From Chloropicon primus (Eukaryota), in assembly GCA_023205875.1 (NCBI GenBank), contig CP060763.1, forward strand, positions 248,001 through 312,000: a stretch of DNA of 64,000 nt, written 5' to 3'. The number at the start of each line of letters is the position of its first letter. Positions within the stretch are counted from its first letter, which is position 1. Positions 43,301-53,920 of this stretch are shown in pieces. The notes under the pieces are model-generated. The model ran no database searches. It saw only the letters and a list, made by a program, of their open reading frames with translations, and was not told where the DNA came from. A program made the position numbers and the translations under genes.

Positions 43301-43487
43301 TGTGCTCCACGAAGGCATAGTGGTTCATACTCCGCAACGCACCGGCTTTCCTCCTGCACAACTTCTTCAACCTCGCATTGTCTAATCCAAGGATCAGAGC
43401 AAGAGACACGCCGACGTGAACCCCTCCGCCGCCTGCCACCTCCTCGCTCGTGGATGCCATGGCCAAAGGCATCTTGGAGGCTGCCAT
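40326..43487 (-). CDS. Large ARM/HEAT-repeat protein of unknown function
   Basis: 1053-aa Leu-rich helical ORF. VFDRLHPFLVLRI and QVRKLCSELCGKVNP recall a conserved uncharacterised plant ARM-repeat family. Confidence 0.7.
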   Translation of the reverse strand: MAASKMPLAMASTSEEVAGGGGVHVGVSLALILGLDNARLKKLCRRKAGALRSMNHYAFVEHKRNKVEHEALSSLWEHFTRIEATLEDLLAIVMPLLDEWCTCEDLERRGLLLRLVSNFFEAELCKFSSCLALALSKGSQEVKYACVLILSTLVRESTKSNWTTEEKDERLRALSGTFPSLLQVCAGVGVGEAQGVPTKLTSIASDCVLLVVIEILSLDRLHSSVPVPSSNSETFLSSAQWLWEKLPLLVQLLERHEEWAMALAGNGGVIHNSRIMIQSLGVMKKRVSKMESFRFANKDEDNAKVIHACCWVEWSPLLLFDLKTYRSITEKYDAGDGATLKKATSALKYASAAPGKDGNDLLLIHEAIFRKLVSAGIVIGLGRYEPSTEAGVRYLEGVLDAMVGITSSSSSLGLPLCDLASRISVFAMVEVEGYGSGEEVSSAAAKDFVTSVLKSCTSCSNVSTELLRGLLTNPMCSVLAVNELTGLLCEGSDPGSLRGGLAALDAILGMGIQTAGNVFEDKLAAISDRIVGLKSKAVEDEVRLVLSKLPARNVIESLLHVSETVDEEQPLDTGMLLEFLAKIGPEDHPSVESAFQKFVEKTDPKKAAKTMRDLGEKDKTSKFWGVLLRVVLKTSAADKSNQLWIQVLSGLSPQLSSESALVSDFVTSALRSLDSAGQQEAVTVFDRLHPFLVLRIVSKLCFDEVVAMRLETRLLTDDDLHLCDDLLGHLLKRMTDPSEDLQVRKLCSELCGKVNPNVSFSLMLALLREGIRDRNFALSRACLYAYCCSFANHKGSAPMTLHTRCDLLAKEVLALFKAVSSVSGDDGSGSNESKKTQLGCLDCFGSILVLKLENRDLAIDPMAFSFAEVASVLLCDKDKEGSNKLGAVLGLEKSFDLLTHSFLANSLITICPRLKESPKMGNAYASHLIPGILKHMVFRTSAAYADEGCLPLDEILLQVLFISSYHLPGPVVAEFAPDVIGMIISIMSKGLPSKVQVAAARVAACLLTKDDLILCCKDVLQDLEQVMSRSARETTCSSEMRSICHAIVSAMNK

Positions 43488-43864
43488 GATGTTGGACGAC
43501 GTTTCTCGTTCTCAAAACCTCACCAGGGCACCATTCCTTTCATGCGAAGAATCGTTCGAAAGATCTTGACGAGAGGAACTCCGATTTTAGCCGCCTTTCT
43601 AGCGTTCTCGTCCTCTGATCCTCCCCTCACACCATGTTCTCATCCCCTGGCCTTCGATGGAATCCACGACAAACGTTTCAGTTCTTCCTCGATTCTTGGT
43701 CATTCCTTTCGAGGTCGGTGTCTACGGAAAGCTGACGAGGCGTGTGTTCGCGTGATTCCTTTTTCGTCGTCGTCCCTCGTTCCCCGTTTCGTCCCCAGTC
43801 CCTCCTCCGTCTCCCTCTCCCTCTCGTCCCTCCGGAGGGCGCAGCAGGGACAGACGACAGAGCA

Positions 43865-43916
43865 GAGCGAGCGAAGGGAGCGAGCGAAGGGAGCGAGCGA
43901 AGGGAGCGAGCGAAGG
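43865..43916. repeat. 13-bp minisatellite (GAGCGAGCGAAGG)x4
   Basis: Four perfect tandem units in the divergent intergenic region. Confidence 0.9.
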
Positions 43917-44213
43917 GAGGGGAGGGAGAGGGAGGAGAGCGGGAGGGAGGGAGCAGGGGGAAGATTCGTGTCGCGAGCTTTCGAATGAGCACTCGCACGA
44001 AAGAATCGGTCCAGTGAGGAGGATTTGAGGACGGGAAAGAGGTCGAGGCAGCGGCATCGAGAGAAGGGATCGAGTGAGCAAGAGGGGCGCCGAGGCAGGG
44101 ACGGGAGAGAGGGGAGGAGGGGAAGGCATACTGACGGAAGTATCTTGTCGCGATCTTTCGAACGAGCGGTCGCATGAAAGAATTGGTTGAGTGAGGAGGG
44201 AGGGGAGAGCACG

Positions 44214-45308
44214 ATGGCACCATCACGAGCGAGTGGAAGGGATGGAGAGAAGGAGTTTGTGGTGGCGTTGGAGAGGAGGGAGGAGAGAGAGAGGGCAAGG
44301 AGGGTGGACAAGTGGAAGGCTGCGGTGTCGGGTGCGATCTCCGGTGCGGTTTCTCGGACGTTGGTGAACCCTCTTGACGTGATCAAGATACGTTTCCAGA
44401 TTCAGAGGGAAGGTACCGTGAAGATGGCCAAAACAGCGAGGGGGAAGTACGTCGGAGTGACGCAGGCTCTGGGATGCATCGTGAGGGAGGAAGGAGTGAG
44501 GGGCCTGTGGAAGGGGACAGTGCCGGGATTGCTGCTGACGGTGCCGTACTGCGCGGTGCAGTTCCTTGCGCTGGAGACGTTCAGGAGCGCGTTCCAGAGG
44601 AGGAGGATAGGTGTGGAAGGGGACAACAGAGAGGTGTTGAGTATGGACAGGACGATGTCCTTCGCCGGTGGGGCCTTTGCAGGTGTAGCGGCAACGGCTG
44701 CGAGTTATCCTTTCGACCTGCTGCGGACGACCATGGCAGCCCAGGGGGTGCCGAAGCAGTACCCGACGGTGTTTCACGCGGCGAGAGGGATCGTGGCGCA
44801 GAGGGGAGTCTTCCGTGGATTATACGCCGGCCTCGGGGCGACGGTGGTGGAGATCATTCCCTACGCTGCCCTCCAGTTTGGTCTTTACGACATTTTCACT
44901 GCGGCTTACGACAGGCACGTTCACGCCGCGGTCGGGTCGCCCTCCGAAGGGGGAACGGGGAAGAAGGTTGCGGTGGATTGGAGCTACCTTGTGTCGAAGC
45001 CTTTCGTGTGCGGCTTGGCCTCCGGGTTCATCGCCAAATTTGCGACGCATCCCCTTGACGTCGTGAAGAAAAGGTACCAGGTCGCGGGACTGAAGAGATC
45101 CGCGACTTATGGCAAGGGGTTCGGGGTGAAGGAAGTAGCGGTCTTGGGCATCTTCAGGCTGCTGACCAAGACGGTGAGGGAGGAGGGCTTGCAAGGCATT
45201 TACAAGGGGGTCACGCCGAGCCTCCTGAAGGCGGCTCCCAGCGCAGCAATCACATTTGCGATGTACTCCCTCGCGATGGACTACATGAGCTCTGCAGCGC
45301 AGGGGTAA
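44214..45308 (+). CDS. Mitochondrial carrier family protein, likely thiamine pyrophosphate carrier (SLC25A19/Tpc1-like)
   Basis: Three carrier repeats: PLDVIKIRFQIQ, YPFDLLRT and HPLDVVKKRYQ. The blocks GTVPGLLLTVPYCAVQF and EIIPYAALQFG resemble plant TPP carriers. Confidence 0.85.
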   Translation: MAPSRASGRDGEKEFVVALERREERERARRVDKWKAAVSGAISGAVSRTLVNPLDVIKIRFQIQREGTVKMAKTARGKYVGVTQALGCIVREEGVRGLWKGTVPGLLLTVPYCAVQFLALETFRSAFQRRRIGVEGDNREVLSMDRTMSFAGGAFAGVAATAASYPFDLLRTTMAAQGVPKQYPTVFHAARGIVAQRGVFRGLYAGLGATVVEIIPYAALQFGLYDIFTAAYDRHVHAAVGSPSEGGTGKKVAVDWSYLVSKPFVCGLASGFIAKFATHPLDVVKKRYQVAGLKRSATYGKGFGVKEVAVLGIFRLLTKTVREEGLQGIYKGVTPSLLKAAPSAAITFAMYSLAMDYMSSAAQG

Positions 45309-45415
45309 TGGATTGGATTCTTTTATTATATATGAGAAGATTAAATATACATCGAGCACCACGACGGTCGCTCTTTGTCAATGAATTGGGAGTGGACGAG
45401 TGGACTGGCGCCTCG

Positions 45416-46419
45416 TCACGAGCGCAGAATCTCCCACACGTCGACGACTCTCTCCTCGACGCTCCCGTCGTCAAACTCTGGGGGGATGGGCGACATGAGA
45501 GCATCGATGGATGCCTTTGCGACCTTCGATGCGCTCGCGGCCGGAACGAGAAGCCTCTGCAAGACACTGGGGAAGACCGAGCCCTGCACGATTGACTTGA
45601 CGAGTGGGTTCCCCAAAAGGACTTCCAGGGGCTTTCCGACCATCGACAGGGGGATTGGAACGGCGCTTCCGACGTACCGGGTCCCGTGAACCATTCCGGG
45701 TCGAACTGCCGTGCCGGTGCCTGACGGAAACAATTGAAACAAGGACCTCTCCGCCGTGTCCTTGCCGTCAAAGTAACCCTTGAGCAAGTCCCTCAGAGGC
45801 GGACCGTAATCGTGCGCCGAGATGAAGACGGCCCTCGCCACGCCGCGCGCCTTGGCCTCCTCGAAGACTCTCACATTCGCCTCCCCGCAGATCTTCCTCA
45901 TGTGGTCGTGGCTCCCGAACCCCCCGACGCACGACACGACCCCGGCCGCCCCTTCGAGGTACTCCTCGGGCCACTCGCTCGCCTGAGACGGATGAACAAG
46001 GATCAAGGTCAGTGGCAGTGGCAGTGGCAGTGGCAGTGGCAGTCCAACAAACGAACGAACGAACGAACGACGACGACGGCGAAGACGACGACCCAGCCAG
46101 CTCATGGCGCTGTCGAGAGGAGGACTGAGGACAAAAGAACTTTTGTAGAGATTCAATTCAGGTGACTGACCTTGAGAGCATCTCCCTTCCGCCAGGTGAC
46201 ATGCGCCGCCCAGTCCGAGTCCACCACCTGCTTCGCTGCAGGTTCCCCACTCCTTGTCACAGAGACCACCGTCGCTCCTCGCTCCACGGCAGCCTTGCAC
46301 ACGGCAGAACCCACGAAGCCGGATCCGCCCACCACGACCACCTTGGTAGCCATGGACGCCGCCACGCAAACCCTCACGCCCAACGCTGAACCTCTCATGC
46401 CTCCACCTGCACCTGGCAT
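45416..46419 (-). CDS. NAD(P)-binding Rossmann-fold protein (atypical SDR/epimerase-like), 2 exons
   Basis: Exon1 from ATG 46419 (alternatives 46398, 46353) to 46171 (VVVGGSGFVGSAVC...WRKGDALK); GTCAGT..CAG intron 46170-45983; exon2 45982-45416 (VVSCVGGFGS...FISAHD...GYFDGK...RPGMVHGTR). Confidence 0.88.
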
Positions 46420-47432
46420 GGGAAGACACACAGATCCATCGAGGCAAAGGGGATTCAGACACTCCGTCCTACCTTGGCCGTCACTGAACCATTTTTCTCG
46501 ACCAAAGGCTCATTCGAAAGAGAAAGACACGATTCTTCGATACATGCTAACCTCATCCCTCGGTTCGTGCTCCCTCGTCCACCATCGCGTCCTCAAAACC
46601 CACCTTGTCTCCAATCGTGATCTTATCCCCTTGGAATTAAACTCTGGACCTCAAGACGACCTTTCGTTCCCCCCTACCTGTCTCACCGAAACTGTGAAAA
46701 TCCCAGTAAAATGTATTTCATTTACCGAAGATCTTCTATTAGACTATTCATGAGTGTAACCTAGTGTACACCATTGTGAGGCATAAAAGTCAAAGTTTTT
46801 CGTATTTCCTTAATCAGAGGCGAGAGAGAGAGAGGGAGATTCAATCCGTTGGTCCACCTTTACGATGGACAACGTCACCTCTTGGACCTTTTCACTTCGT
46901 CTTTGATTAAGCGATTCCCTTTCGCGATGGAACGTGTTTGGTGGAAGTCCAATCCGAGAGCGAAGACGCTCGAGAGAAGAGAAGACGAGAGAGTCGGCAG
47001 CGGAGGAAGGGCCAGGGTCAAGAGGTCATCAGCAAGCTCAAGGGCACCTGAGCGGCAGCTGCATTAGCATCACTAGCGGAGCTTCTTGCCTCTCAAAACA
47101 AACACACAAAAGTGTGGAGGAAAGGAAATCTCTTGCTCTTGCCACTCACTTTGTGAAACCGCAACCAAGCCTTCTGCATTGAATTGAATTGAATTCACAA
47201 CACACACACGCACACAAGAAGGCCAACACCTTGGCTCGGTCTTGGGCATTGACTGAGGCAACCCGGTTTGGCGTTGGGATTAGGAATTCATTCATTCCAT
47301 TGGTGGTTCGCGTGAAGAGGGAGGGAGGCGTCTCATCTCTTGGTCTTGCTTGTGAAACGCCAATCGAAGAGACTTGTGTTGTTGCATCCCCCCCTGTGGT
47401 TTGTGTGGTTTGTGGTTTCATACGTAGAAACC

Positions 47433-50400
47433 ATGGACCTCCTTTCGCAATGGCTTCAGGATGAGGTGGGGATGAAGATTGTTGGGACATTGGAGAGCCG
47501 CTTCGCATCGGGGTACGCGTTCGGTGAGCTCCTGAGCAAGTTCAACTTGCAGAACGACTTTGTTCACTTCGAGGACAGCGATTCTCCGGATGCCATGATC
47601 AACAACTTCACCAGGCTTCAGTTGACTTTCTCCAAGTTGAAGATAAAGTTGGACTCAAGCTCTGCGAGTGCAATCATGAGCGGAGAGAAGGGAGTCGCTG
47701 CTAGGTTTGTTTACGACATAAAGGTGGCTATGGACACGTTCAGGAAGGAGTTGTCCGCGGGGAACAACACGTACTCGCACTCGAACTTCGGAGTGGAAAC
47801 GAAGCTATCGTTGGCTTTGTTGGAAACCAAAGCGAACTCGGATCGGGTGAATTATACGAACAAGATGCATGAGATCTTCGAGCACAACGTGAGGAGAAGG
47901 GTTCCTGATCCTGGGACGATTAGGGAGGCGGTTCACTTGCACAAGTTCAGCGCCGAGCGAGCCAGGCAGGAGAGGAAAGTTGCTGAGACGAAGCATCAGA
48001 CGCAGAGGGAGCTGGACTTCAAGAGGAAGACGTTCCGGGAGGACCTGTTGAGCAAGATGTCCCTGAGGAAGCAGAGGGGCAAGGATCTGGAGGACTCGAT
48101 CATACAGTCGCACACGGCGAGCATGACTCACAGGAGGCAGCTCGAGAAGCAGGAGCTCGCCATCGAGAGCGCCCTGTCCCGGAAGAGGGAGGGGTTCAAG
48201 CTCCTCGCGAACAAGACCGCGGGGGTCGAGGCCAGAGACGGGATCGATGACTTCGAGAACACCCTGAAGAAGCTCGGGATCGGCGAACAGAAGCAGGACA
48301 GCGCGCTCGAGCCCCTGAACACCTCGGCCGAGGAGCACATCGTCAAGATCAAGAGCATGGTCCCCGACAAGTCCTTCTGGAACACGACCAAGGACGATTA
48401 CATGAACACGGTGAAGGCGAGGGTGTCCGAGGAGTCTGCGGCCCGCAAGGAGAGGGAGAAGAAGAGAAAGAAGCTCTTGCTGGAGAGGCAGCAGGCCCAC
48501 GTGGAGGCGGCCCAAGTCAGGCGTAACACGATGGTCATCTCGGCCCTGACGGGCAAGAGCAACGAGGAGCAAAGGGTTCAGGACCGACTCTCTCAGTTAG
48601 ACAAGGAGAACCAGAGCATGAGGGACAACAGGCGGAACCTCGACATGCAGCACGAGGAGAGGGATAGCCAGGACCTGGACCTCACCTTGAAGAGAGAGGC
48701 AGAGATGCAGAAGAAGCGCCTGGACCAGTACAGGAGGGAGACCGAGGAGGGTGAGATCAGGTGGACCTCTCTCAAGGAGAAGGCCCTCAAGGAAAAGAAA
48801 GTGAGGAGAGAGACGTTCGCGAGGAGCATCACGAACCAGCTGGTGGAGCTTGCCGAGAAGATGATCAAGTACCGCGAGATCACGAACGCCAAGGTGCCGA
48901 AGAGCGAGTACATGAACTGGGTGGCGATGATCACGTCTGGCATGGCGTCTCAAAAGTCCGATTCAACGTCGAGCGAGAAGGACAAGGAGCCCGATGAGAT
49001 CAAGAGAGCCTTGGACATGTCTTCCGTGCAAAATTATTTGAACAACAACGGAGAGTGGGACGTGGGCATCACTTGCGAGTGCAACGAGGAGCTCGTCAAG
49101 ATCATCTCAGAGCTTTCCAAGGAAGAGGACTCGCCCCTCGAGCACACTTTCGGCCACATGGACTCCGACTGTGATCTCAAGGTTGCCGTGGTGGGAGGCT
49201 TTGCTTCGGGAAAGTCGACGCTCGCCGCAAAGCTTGCGACCGCGTTCAACCTCCATGTCATCGATGTGGACAAGCTCGTTGACAACGCCGTGACTGTGTG
49301 CTCTGCTCCCCCGGCGGAGGACGGGGAGGGCTCCCCCCAGGACGAGAAGCTGGTCCAGCTGAGCAGAGAGATCAAGAGCATCCTGAACCAGGGCAAGGAC
49401 ATTGAGGACGAGTACATTGTGAAGCTGATCCTTTTGGAGATCTCCAAGATCAAAGAGCAGGCCCGAGAAAGCGAGAAGGGGCTGCAGGGCTTCGTTCTTG
49501 ATGGATTCCCCAGCTCCAAGGACCAAGCAGCGCTCCTGGAGAAGTACATGACGGGACTTGACCTGGAGAAGGTCAAGGCGAGGAAAGAAAATGCTTCCAA
49601 GATTGCCCCCCCTCTGGAGAGCAAGACCGCTAACATTGACGGCACCCTTGTCTCAGGCCTTGACGCTGTGTTCCGCTTGAACATGGATGACGAGAGCCTC
49701 GCACTCAAGAGAGTTCTCGGCAAGAGGGTGGATCCAGAGACCCAGCAAGTGTACCACTTGGAGTTCAACCCGCCGCCAATTGACGACGCCGGCCTCGTGG
49801 AGCGCCTGGAGGAGGTGCAAAACTCCATTACCGACCTCAGCATCATCGAAGCCAGGCTGAACCACTTCGCGGAGGGCAAGGGCGCCCTTGACGGCTGGCT
49901 GAGGATGTTCTCGAACTTGCTGCACCCCATCGAGGCGGCCGAGGGCATCGAAAGCATCCAAACTACCGCTGGAGAGACCTTGTCCAACATCTTCGAAGAG
50001 AAGAAGAGGGCAAAGGAAGCAATTGTGGCCCTTGAGTCGGCAACGAACGCCGAGGAGGCTGCAAAGGCTGCGATGGAGGCAGCGATCCAAGCCAGAAGCG
50101 CATGTGAGCAGGCGGCACAGCAGCTGCTCTTGGCGAAGAAGGCGGAAATCGAAGCAAGCAGCATGCTGGAAGCCAACCCCGAGGAAACGGATGCCAAGGA
50201 CGTGCTGAGCCAGAAGAGCGCGGAGTTGTGCCAGACGCACTTTGAGAGCGTCCAAAAGGCCGCCCAGGAGTCTCAAAAGTTCGCAGAAGAGGCGCAGAAG
50301 GCCGCGGAAAGCGCCAAGGAGTCCGCGGATACTTGCAAGAGCAAGACAGAAAACATCTCGCTGTCCACTTCGGCTAGGATAGAGGCCCAGCAGTCGGCCA

Positions 50401-52442
50401 CGAGCGCGGAGGAGGCCAGCAAGAGCGCGGCAGAGCTCGCGGAGAAGGCTCAGTTGGAGCTGAAAGCGGCGGAGGAAGCCACGAAGAAGGCCTCCAAGAC
50501 GCTTTCGTCGGAAGAACCCGAGGAGAGCCCAGAAGAGGACGAGGCGAACGAGACGACTGAGGGCGAGCAGGCCGAAAGCGGCGCTGACACCGAAGTCGTC
50601 AGCACCGAGATAAGTCAGGAGGCCAAGTCGAACCTTTGGAAGAGGTGGCAGTGCATGGAAAAGATGTACATCTCCGGCCTCCTCCAGGTCTTCTCCAAGC
50701 TGAGGGACCACCGTTACAGTGTCCTCAACAATTTTGTGGACGTCCGGGAAAGCTTTTTGGGATTCTTGAACACTCCTGACAAGAAGCAAGAGATCGTGAC
50801 CGAGTTCCAAAAGAAGTTCAACAGCATTGATGATGACTTGAGGCGGCGGCGTGAGGCCAAGGCCGAGCTCCTGCTGAGGTCAGACGAGCTCTGCGACACC
50901 CTGTGGGACATTTGCGACAAGAGAAAGAAGGAGTGGATGGAGGAAGTGGGGGAGATCGAATCCGATTCTTTCGTGGACGACCACAGTGGCTTGCTTCTTG
51001 CCATGTTCCAAGCGGTCTGTCAGCTGGAAATGGACAGGCTTGCGGTGACATGTTCTATCATCCGCGACCACCACAACGCAAAGTCGAACCTCTCCCACGA
51101 GGAGCACGCGGAGATTGATGTTCCTTACATCACGACTGTTGAGGAGCTGCCCGAGCAGTACAGAACGGCAAAGCCGGCGGACCCGGAGTGGTTTGCAGAG
51201 GCCGAGAGCCTGCCAGGGTTCCAAGCCAGCCTTGCGGCAAACGTTGCCTTCGTGACTTACATGACGAAGACGAGTTTGGCCGAAGACTCTCCGGACGAGC
51301 TCAAGGAGGCGCTTGCCAAGGAGCACCATGACGCCTTGAAGAGACTTCACCGCGTCGTCACGGCGGCTTCCAAGTACAAGACTGACCTTGACACCATATC
51401 CAGCAACATCTTTGCGCTCCTGAAGGAGTGGCTGAACGCCCGGTACGTCGGATCTTGCAGTGCTGTGAGTGCCCTGGGCGACACGATCAGGCAGGCCGCG
51501 AAGGCCGGGGAGAAGCTGCTGTACAGCATCAAGATCGAGGCCGACCAGCTCATCATCGACGAGAACGTCTTGGTGAACAAGTGCAGGGAGGCACCAAAGA
51601 GCTCTCTGGATACCCACAAGGGCGACTTCAAGCAGCTGTCGTTCAGGCAGCTGCAGATCTTGTCCATCGCGATGAAGAGGATTGCGCACGCGGACATGGT
51701 GAGAATCTCTGATGCGATCGAGGTTCTCATCCGATTCACGGGTGAGCATCTGGAGGGTTACAAGGGAATCGATAGCTTGAAGATCCACAACGTTCTGAGG
51801 ACGTTTGATGTGGAGAGCACGAACCACATCTCGTGCTCGCACTTCCTTTCTTGCCTCCTGATAACGTCCGTGCCGCACGTCATGACTTCCAAGGAGCGGG
51901 AAATCATGAGAGCGATGCGCGAGTACGGCAACGTGAAGCCCGAGTCCGGGCTGATCACAAGGGACGACTTCGCTGCGATCAAGTTGTGGTGGGAAGAAAG
52001 GGAAGGGGTCAGAGAGGAGGAAAAGCGCATCAAGATGCTGTGGTTCGACCTCTTCGCGAACGACGAGGGAAAGGCTTCCTTCCAGAAGATCTTGACCGCC
52101 ATGTGCACGGACCACACCGTCGAGTCTGTTCTCACGAAGATCACGCAAGTGTACTCGAAGTACGGCACTGGGCCGGATGGGGAGCTGATCGCATCCAAGG
52201 TCTTGGGCGTTTCCGACATGTACAACGTGGCTTACCCCGAGACGCCCGAGCCGCTGCAGATTTTGGACGCGAAGACCTTTAGCGAGGCACAAGTGTCGTC
52301 GAAGCTCACCGAGTGCATGGAGGAAGGTAGCGAGGCCACCGTTGACGTCGGCAAGGCCCTTTCCTTAGACGCTTCCGCGTTCTTGGGCAAGCTGCTGCAG
52401 AGATATATGTACAAAGATTTCTTCTCTTTATTGAGGCTGTAG
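47433..52442 (+). CDS. SPEF2: Sperm flagellar protein 2 / central-pair protein CPC1-like (CH-like domain, coiled coil, adenylate kinase-like domain, C-terminal EF-hand-like region)
   Basis: N-terminal LSQWLQDEV...FASGYAFGELLSKFNLQ..F...NNFTRL; ADK-like GGFASGKST, GFVLDGFP and RVDPETQQVYHLEFNPP; C-terminal FNSIDDDLR...KAELLLRSDELCDTLWDICD. Confidence 0.88.
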   Translation: MDLLSQWLQDEVGMKIVGTLESRFASGYAFGELLSKFNLQNDFVHFEDSDSPDAMINNFTRLQLTFSKLKIKLDSSSASAIMSGEKGVAARFVYDIKVAMDTFRKELSAGNNTYSHSNFGVETKLSLALLETKANSDRVNYTNKMHEIFEHNVRRRVPDPGTIREAVHLHKFSAERARQERKVAETKHQTQRELDFKRKTFREDLLSKMSLRKQRGKDLEDSIIQSHTASMTHRRQLEKQELAIESALSRKREGFKLLANKTAGVEARDGIDDFENTLKKLGIGEQKQDSALEPLNTSAEEHIVKIKSMVPDKSFWNTTKDDYMNTVKARVSEESAARKEREKKRKKLLLERQQAHVEAAQVRRNTMVISALTGKSNEEQRVQDRLSQLDKENQSMRDNRRNLDMQHEERDSQDLDLTLKREAEMQKKRLDQYRRETEEGEIRWTSLKEKALKEKKVRRETFARSITNQLVELAEKMIKYREITNAKVPKSEYMNWVAMITSGMASQKSDSTSSEKDKEPDEIKRALDMSSVQNYLNNNGEWDVGITCECNEELVKIISELSKEEDSPLEHTFGHMDSDCDLKVAVVGGFASGKSTLAAKLATAFNLHVIDVDKLVDNAVTVCSAPPAEDGEGSPQDEKLVQLSREIKSILNQGKDIEDEYIVKLILLEISKIKEQARESEKGLQGFVLDGFPSSKDQAALLEKYMTGLDLEKVKARKENASKIAPPLESKTANIDGTLVSGLDAVFRLNMDDESLALKRVLGKRVDPETQQVYHLEFNPPPIDDAGLVERLEEVQNSITDLSIIEARLNHFAEGKGALDGWLRMFSNLLHPIEAAEGIESIQTTAGETLSNIFEEKKRAKEAIVALESATNAEEAAKAAMEAAIQARSACEQAAQQLLLAKKAEIEASSMLEANPEETDAKDVLSQKSAELCQTHFESVQKAAQESQKFAEEAQKAAESAKESADTCKSKTENISLSTSARIEAQQSATSAEEASKSAAELAEKAQLELKAAEEATKKASKTLSSEEPEESPEEDEANETTEGEQAESGADTEVVSTEISQEAKSNLWKRWQCMEKMYISGLLQVFSKLRDHRYSVLNNFVDVRESFLGFLNTPDKKQEIVTEFQKKFNSIDDDLRRRREAKAELLLRSDELCDTLWDICDKRKKEWMEEVGEIESDSFVDDHSGLLLAMFQAVCQLEMDRLAVTCSIIRDHHNAKSNLSHEEHAEIDVPYITTVEELPEQYRTAKPADPEWFAEAESLPGFQASLAANVAFVTYMTKTSLAEDSPDELKEALAKEHHDALKRLHRVVTAASKYKTDLDTISSNIFALLKEWLNARYVGSCSAVSALGDTIRQAAKAGEKLLYSIKIEADQLIIDENVLVNKCREAPKSSLDTHKGDFKQLSFRQLQILSIAMKRIAHADMVRISDAIEVLIRFTGEHLEGYKGIDSLKIHNVLRTFDVESTNHISCSHFLSCLLITSVPHVMTSKEREIMRAMREYGNVKPESGLITRDDFAAIKLWWEEREGVREEEKRIKMLWFDLFANDEGKASFQKILTAMCTDHTVESVLTKITQVYSKYGTGPDGELIASKVLGVSDMYNVAYPETPEPLQILDAKTFSEAQVSSKLTECMEEGSEATVDVGKALSLDASAFLGKLLQRYMYKDFFSLLRL

Positions 52443-52489
52443 AAAAAACAATTTACTTTTCCACGTGAAAGCGTTCCTACTACTCGCTC

Positions 52490-53920
52490 TTACTCTTCTG
52501 TCGCAGGGGCTTCCTCCACTGGCTCCTCCACTGCCTCCGGGGCCTCCGTCACCGCCTTCTCGAACGCAACGTCTTGGATGTACTCTTCTCGTTCTAGGTG
52601 GCACAACACGTCGTACATGAACTCGACGTATTCGCTGTACGTGACCATTCCGTTCTCGTCCTCGTCCATGGCCGAAAGAAGCGCGTGGATCTCCTTTGGC
52701 CTCAGCTGAAGCTCTCCCGTGCCCAAAGTCATCAAAGCCTCGAAGCACTCGTTCCTATCCAAGGTGCCGGTGTTGTCCTCATCGGCCTCCAGGAAGACTG
52801 CAGTGAGCAGGTCCAGGACCTTGTCCTTGTCGACTCCTCGCATGAGCTGGGACCCGGAAGCCTTGGAGACGTTGACCACGGCCTTGGTGCGCTTGTATTG
52901 TGATTCGTAGTCTATGAATGTGAAGATAAGCTGCGCTGCTTTGCGCGAGAACATAGCGTAGTCGACCAAGCCTCCCTTGTCGGGCTGACTCTCGGAGAAG
53001 ACCACGGAGATCTGCAAGTCTGTCAAACCAAGGAGCTCGTAAGAGTACTCCTTGAGGAAGGTCTTGATGTCACTCTGGTGCAGCAAGCCGATCTGGTCCG
53101 TGTCCGCCGCCTCGAACATGAGAAGCAAGTCCTTCTCGAGCTCGTTGGCTGGGAACTTCCTCTGGTCCTCGAGAATCTCATTCGTGAAGTGCCAGACCAT
53201 GATCTCGTAGCACTTTGTCGCAAACTCCTGCCAAGATATCTTGCCGTCCATGTCCGTGTCCGCCTCGGCCATGAGAAGGTTCACCTCCCTCTTCGTGAGC
53301 CCAAGGCCCGCGTACCTCAAGCAGTGCTTGAACTCCTTTCTGTCCAAGTACCCGTTCTTGTCCTGGTCAGCGGCAAGGAAAGACTTCCCGAGCTGCTCCA
53401 AAAAGTCCTCCTGGTACATGCCCTTGATGAGAATGGCCTCTGCCATCTCCGCAGCATCGGCCTGCTCCTTCTTCATCTCGTTCTCCAACTCGTCCTTGGC
53501 CTTGAATGCCTGGAGCACCTGCACCATGAAAGGCACAAACTCGTTGTACTCGATGCACCCGTCATCGTTCTCGTCGCATTCGATCATGATCTTCCTGTAG
53601 TCTCTCTTGCTCAAGTTCAAGTCAGTGCTCCTCAAGACGTCCTGGAACTCTTTCCTGTCCAGGTAGCCGTTCCCATCCTTATCCGCTGACAAGAATATCT
53701 CCGTGATGAAGGACTCCATCTCCTCGGGACCCATGTCGAGAAGGCTCGTCTGCTGGGCCTTCTGCTCCTCGGTCTGAATGTCCAGCAAGTTCTTGAAGTA
53801 AGCCGCACCGAATTCGTAGATATTCTCAGGCTGCTCCCTCAAAATCTCCCTCGTCAGCTCCTTGAGCAAAGGAGGGAACGCCTCCGGGATGGTATAAGGC
53901 TTCTGGTAACGAGAAGACAT
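52490..53920 (-). CDS. RSP7: Radial spoke protein 7-like (RIIa dimerisation/docking domain plus multiple EF-hands)
   Basis: N-terminal YQKPYTIPEAFPPLLKELTREILREQPENIYEFGAAYF (RIIa); EF-hands DKDGNGYLD, DENDDGCIEYNE, DQDKNGYLD, DTDMDGKISWQE, DEDNTGTLD and DEDENGMVTYSE. Confidence 0.85.
   Translation of the reverse strand: MSSRYQKPYTIPEAFPPLLKELTREILREQPENIYEFGAAYFKNLLDIQTEEQKAQQTSLLDMGPEEMESFITEIFLSADKDGNGYLDRKEFQDVLRSTDLNLSKRDYRKIMIECDENDDGCIEYNEFVPFMVQVLQAFKAKDELENEMKKEQADAAEMAEAILIKGMYQEDFLEQLGKSFLAADQDKNGYLDRKEFKHCLRYAGLGLTKREVNLLMAEADTDMDGKISWQEFATKCYEIMVWHFTNEILEDQRKFPANELEKDLLLMFEAADTDQIGLLHQSDIKTFLKEYSYELLGLTDLQISVVFSESQPDKGGLVDYAMFSRKAAQLIFTFIDYESQYKRTKAVVNVSKASGSQLMRGVDKDKVLDLLTAVFLEADEDNTGTLDRNECFEALMTLGTGELQLRPKEIHALLSAMDEDENGMVTYSEYVEFMYDVLCHLEREEYIQDVAFEKAVTEAPEAVEEPVEEAPATEE

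Noticed and set aside
46460..47430. Possible ncRNA or small gene in the long, AT-richer intergenic region
   Set aside because: No tRNA cloverleaf, snRNA or snoRNA signature, or credible ATG-initiated ORF was recognisable. Best read as a divergent promoter/UTR region.
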